Source of the DNA: Cystobasidiomycetes sp. EMM_F5
Taxonomy: Eukaryota
Reading direction: 5' to 3'
Length of the DNA stretch: 64,000 bases
Assembly: GCA_051047955.1 (NCBI GenBank)
Contig: JBPGPT010000044.1
Coordinates: 1-64,000, forward strand
Position 1 is the stretch's first letter. The number at the start of each line of letters is the position of its first letter. Shown one piece after another: positions 62,543 to 64,000 of the stretch. Below the pieces are notes generated by a model. It saw only the letters and a list, made by a program, of their open reading frames with translations, had not been told where the DNA came from and ran no database searches. The translations under genes were made by a program, and so were the position numbers.

Positions 62543-63751
62543 ATGAGTGCGCTGCCGCCTCTGTACATTCCGACGGTATCGTTGGGCAGGGTCAGTGCAG
62601 GTCACAAGGTGAGGCTGCTTATATTTGACGTCAGGGTTCAGCCAGCAACTGAGCTGTTTGCGACGACAGCTCCTCGCAAAACTCCATGTAGCTGCCCAGT
62701 ATGGCTATGCCGGCGTAGAGGTAACATTCGAATGCCTCGAAGACCTGGCAAGCTCGACTGGCGAACCTTCGGTGCCTCGAGAAGAGCGGCTCCGTGCAGC
62801 AGCAGCCAATGTCAAGAGAATCGCCGACAAGCTTTGCCTCGACATTGCAGTATTGTCGCCGTTTGTCACGTACGAGGGATGCAATGACCCGCTCTTTCGC
62901 GAACAACGGTTCCAAGAAGCTACGTTGTGGCTGGAGTTGGCCAGCATCCTCGGGGCTACAGTGATGCAGGTGCGCCGTTCTTTGTAGGTATATGCATCTT
63001 ACGAACGCTAATAGTATTCCTGAACTTACGTACAGCTGCCGTCCAACGTTCTCGAACGAGAGCAATGCACAGACGATCTGCCAACCATAGTGTCCGATTT
63101 TCAACGCCTTGCTGATGCCGCAGCAAAGTACAAGCCAGCCATTCGCATAGCATACGAGAATCTAGAGTGGGGCACATACGTCAAGACATGGCAAGACGCT
63201 TGGAATATCATCCTCGCGGTTGATAGACCAAATTTCGGCCTCTGCTTCGACGTGTGTGCGTGCTACTGCTCTATAATCTGCTCTATACACGGAGATACTG
63301 ATATTCTTCCTCAGTCCACATCGCAGGCTTGCTTTATGGCGACCCAACAGTCACTGGTGGGCGGCGAGTCGATGGCGAACGAGCTCTTGAGTCGAGCATG
63401 GCAGAATTTGAAGCTACAGTTGACATCAACAAGGTCTTCCTATATCAGCTTTCCGACGGTCACCTGATGGATCCTCCGCTGGGCAAACCTGGGAATGCCT
63501 TCTATGATCCGTCGCAAAGACCAGGTTTAACGTGGTCTCGCAATGGCCGTCCGTTTCCTTTTCAAGATGGCTACTTGGCCATCCTCCGTATCGCACGGAC
63601 AATGGTACGGCTAGGCTATCATGGTATTACAAGCATGGAAGTCTTCGTGCCACGCCACCACGACAAAGACGATGCAGTCCCAACGGAAATGGCCGCACAA
63701 GGTATGCAGAGCTGGAACTTGTTGCAAGGTGGTCTAGCAGACCTCTCATAA
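62543..63751 (+). CDS. 3-dehydroshikimate dehydratase (QutC/qa-4)-like TIM barrel
   Basis: TVSLGR..AGH, GYAGVEV.FECL, IAYENLEWGTYV.TW, VDRPNFGLCFD, QLSDG, WSRNGRPFP, SMEVF. Confidence 0.82.
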
Positions 63752-64000
63752 CGAAAATCGCTACGGGAACCTAGTCTGATTAGCCGAGCGCGAACGACGT
63801 TGTAATCATGAGACGCATTTCGACGCTTCATCAACTCATCCCGGCCTCCGTAAAGTTGCCTTCCATGATAATATGACTTGCATGGGATCAAGAAGGTGGC
63901 TGTCTAGACAGTCCGAGACCTCACGGGTCGATGTTATGTGAATGAAGGCGTCGTCTGAGTCGCAGCAATGAGCCAGGACCGAGCCCATCGGCGCCAGACA

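Overview
Intron-rich eukaryotic (fungal) DNA with short ~50-75 nt GT-AG/GC-AG introns and compact intergenic spaces, most consistent with a basidiomycete yeast (inference). About 33 protein-coding genes; no rRNA, tRNA, CRISPR or intact transposon recognised. Three zones: (1) 1-22.8 kb accessory catabolic genes, including a 7-gene cluster (9.3-22.8 kb) encoding D-hydantoinase, hydantoin racemase, N-carbamoyl-D-amino-acid amidohydrolase, peroxisomal D-amino-acid oxidase, a class II aldolase/adducin-fold enzyme, an MFS permease and a Zn2Cys6 regulator, laid out as three head-to-head pairs whose promoters share a TCGCGCA motif, i.e. a candidate fungal counterpart of the bacterial hyu (hydantoinase-process) pathway; (2) 23-50 kb mostly housekeeping genes (RAD3/XPD, FBP1, PIK1, Oxa1/Cox18 family, bZIP, RING, Zn2Cys6, xylulokinase) plus a Pif1 helicase lacking its N-terminal ATPase motifs; (3) 50-64 kb secreted proteins and a non-canonical quinate/shikimate-type cluster (quinate permease, SDR, two dehydroshikimate-dehydratase-like paralogues, GST, Zn2Cys6 TF). 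Gene coordinates are hand-spliced spans including introns; some starts are approximate.
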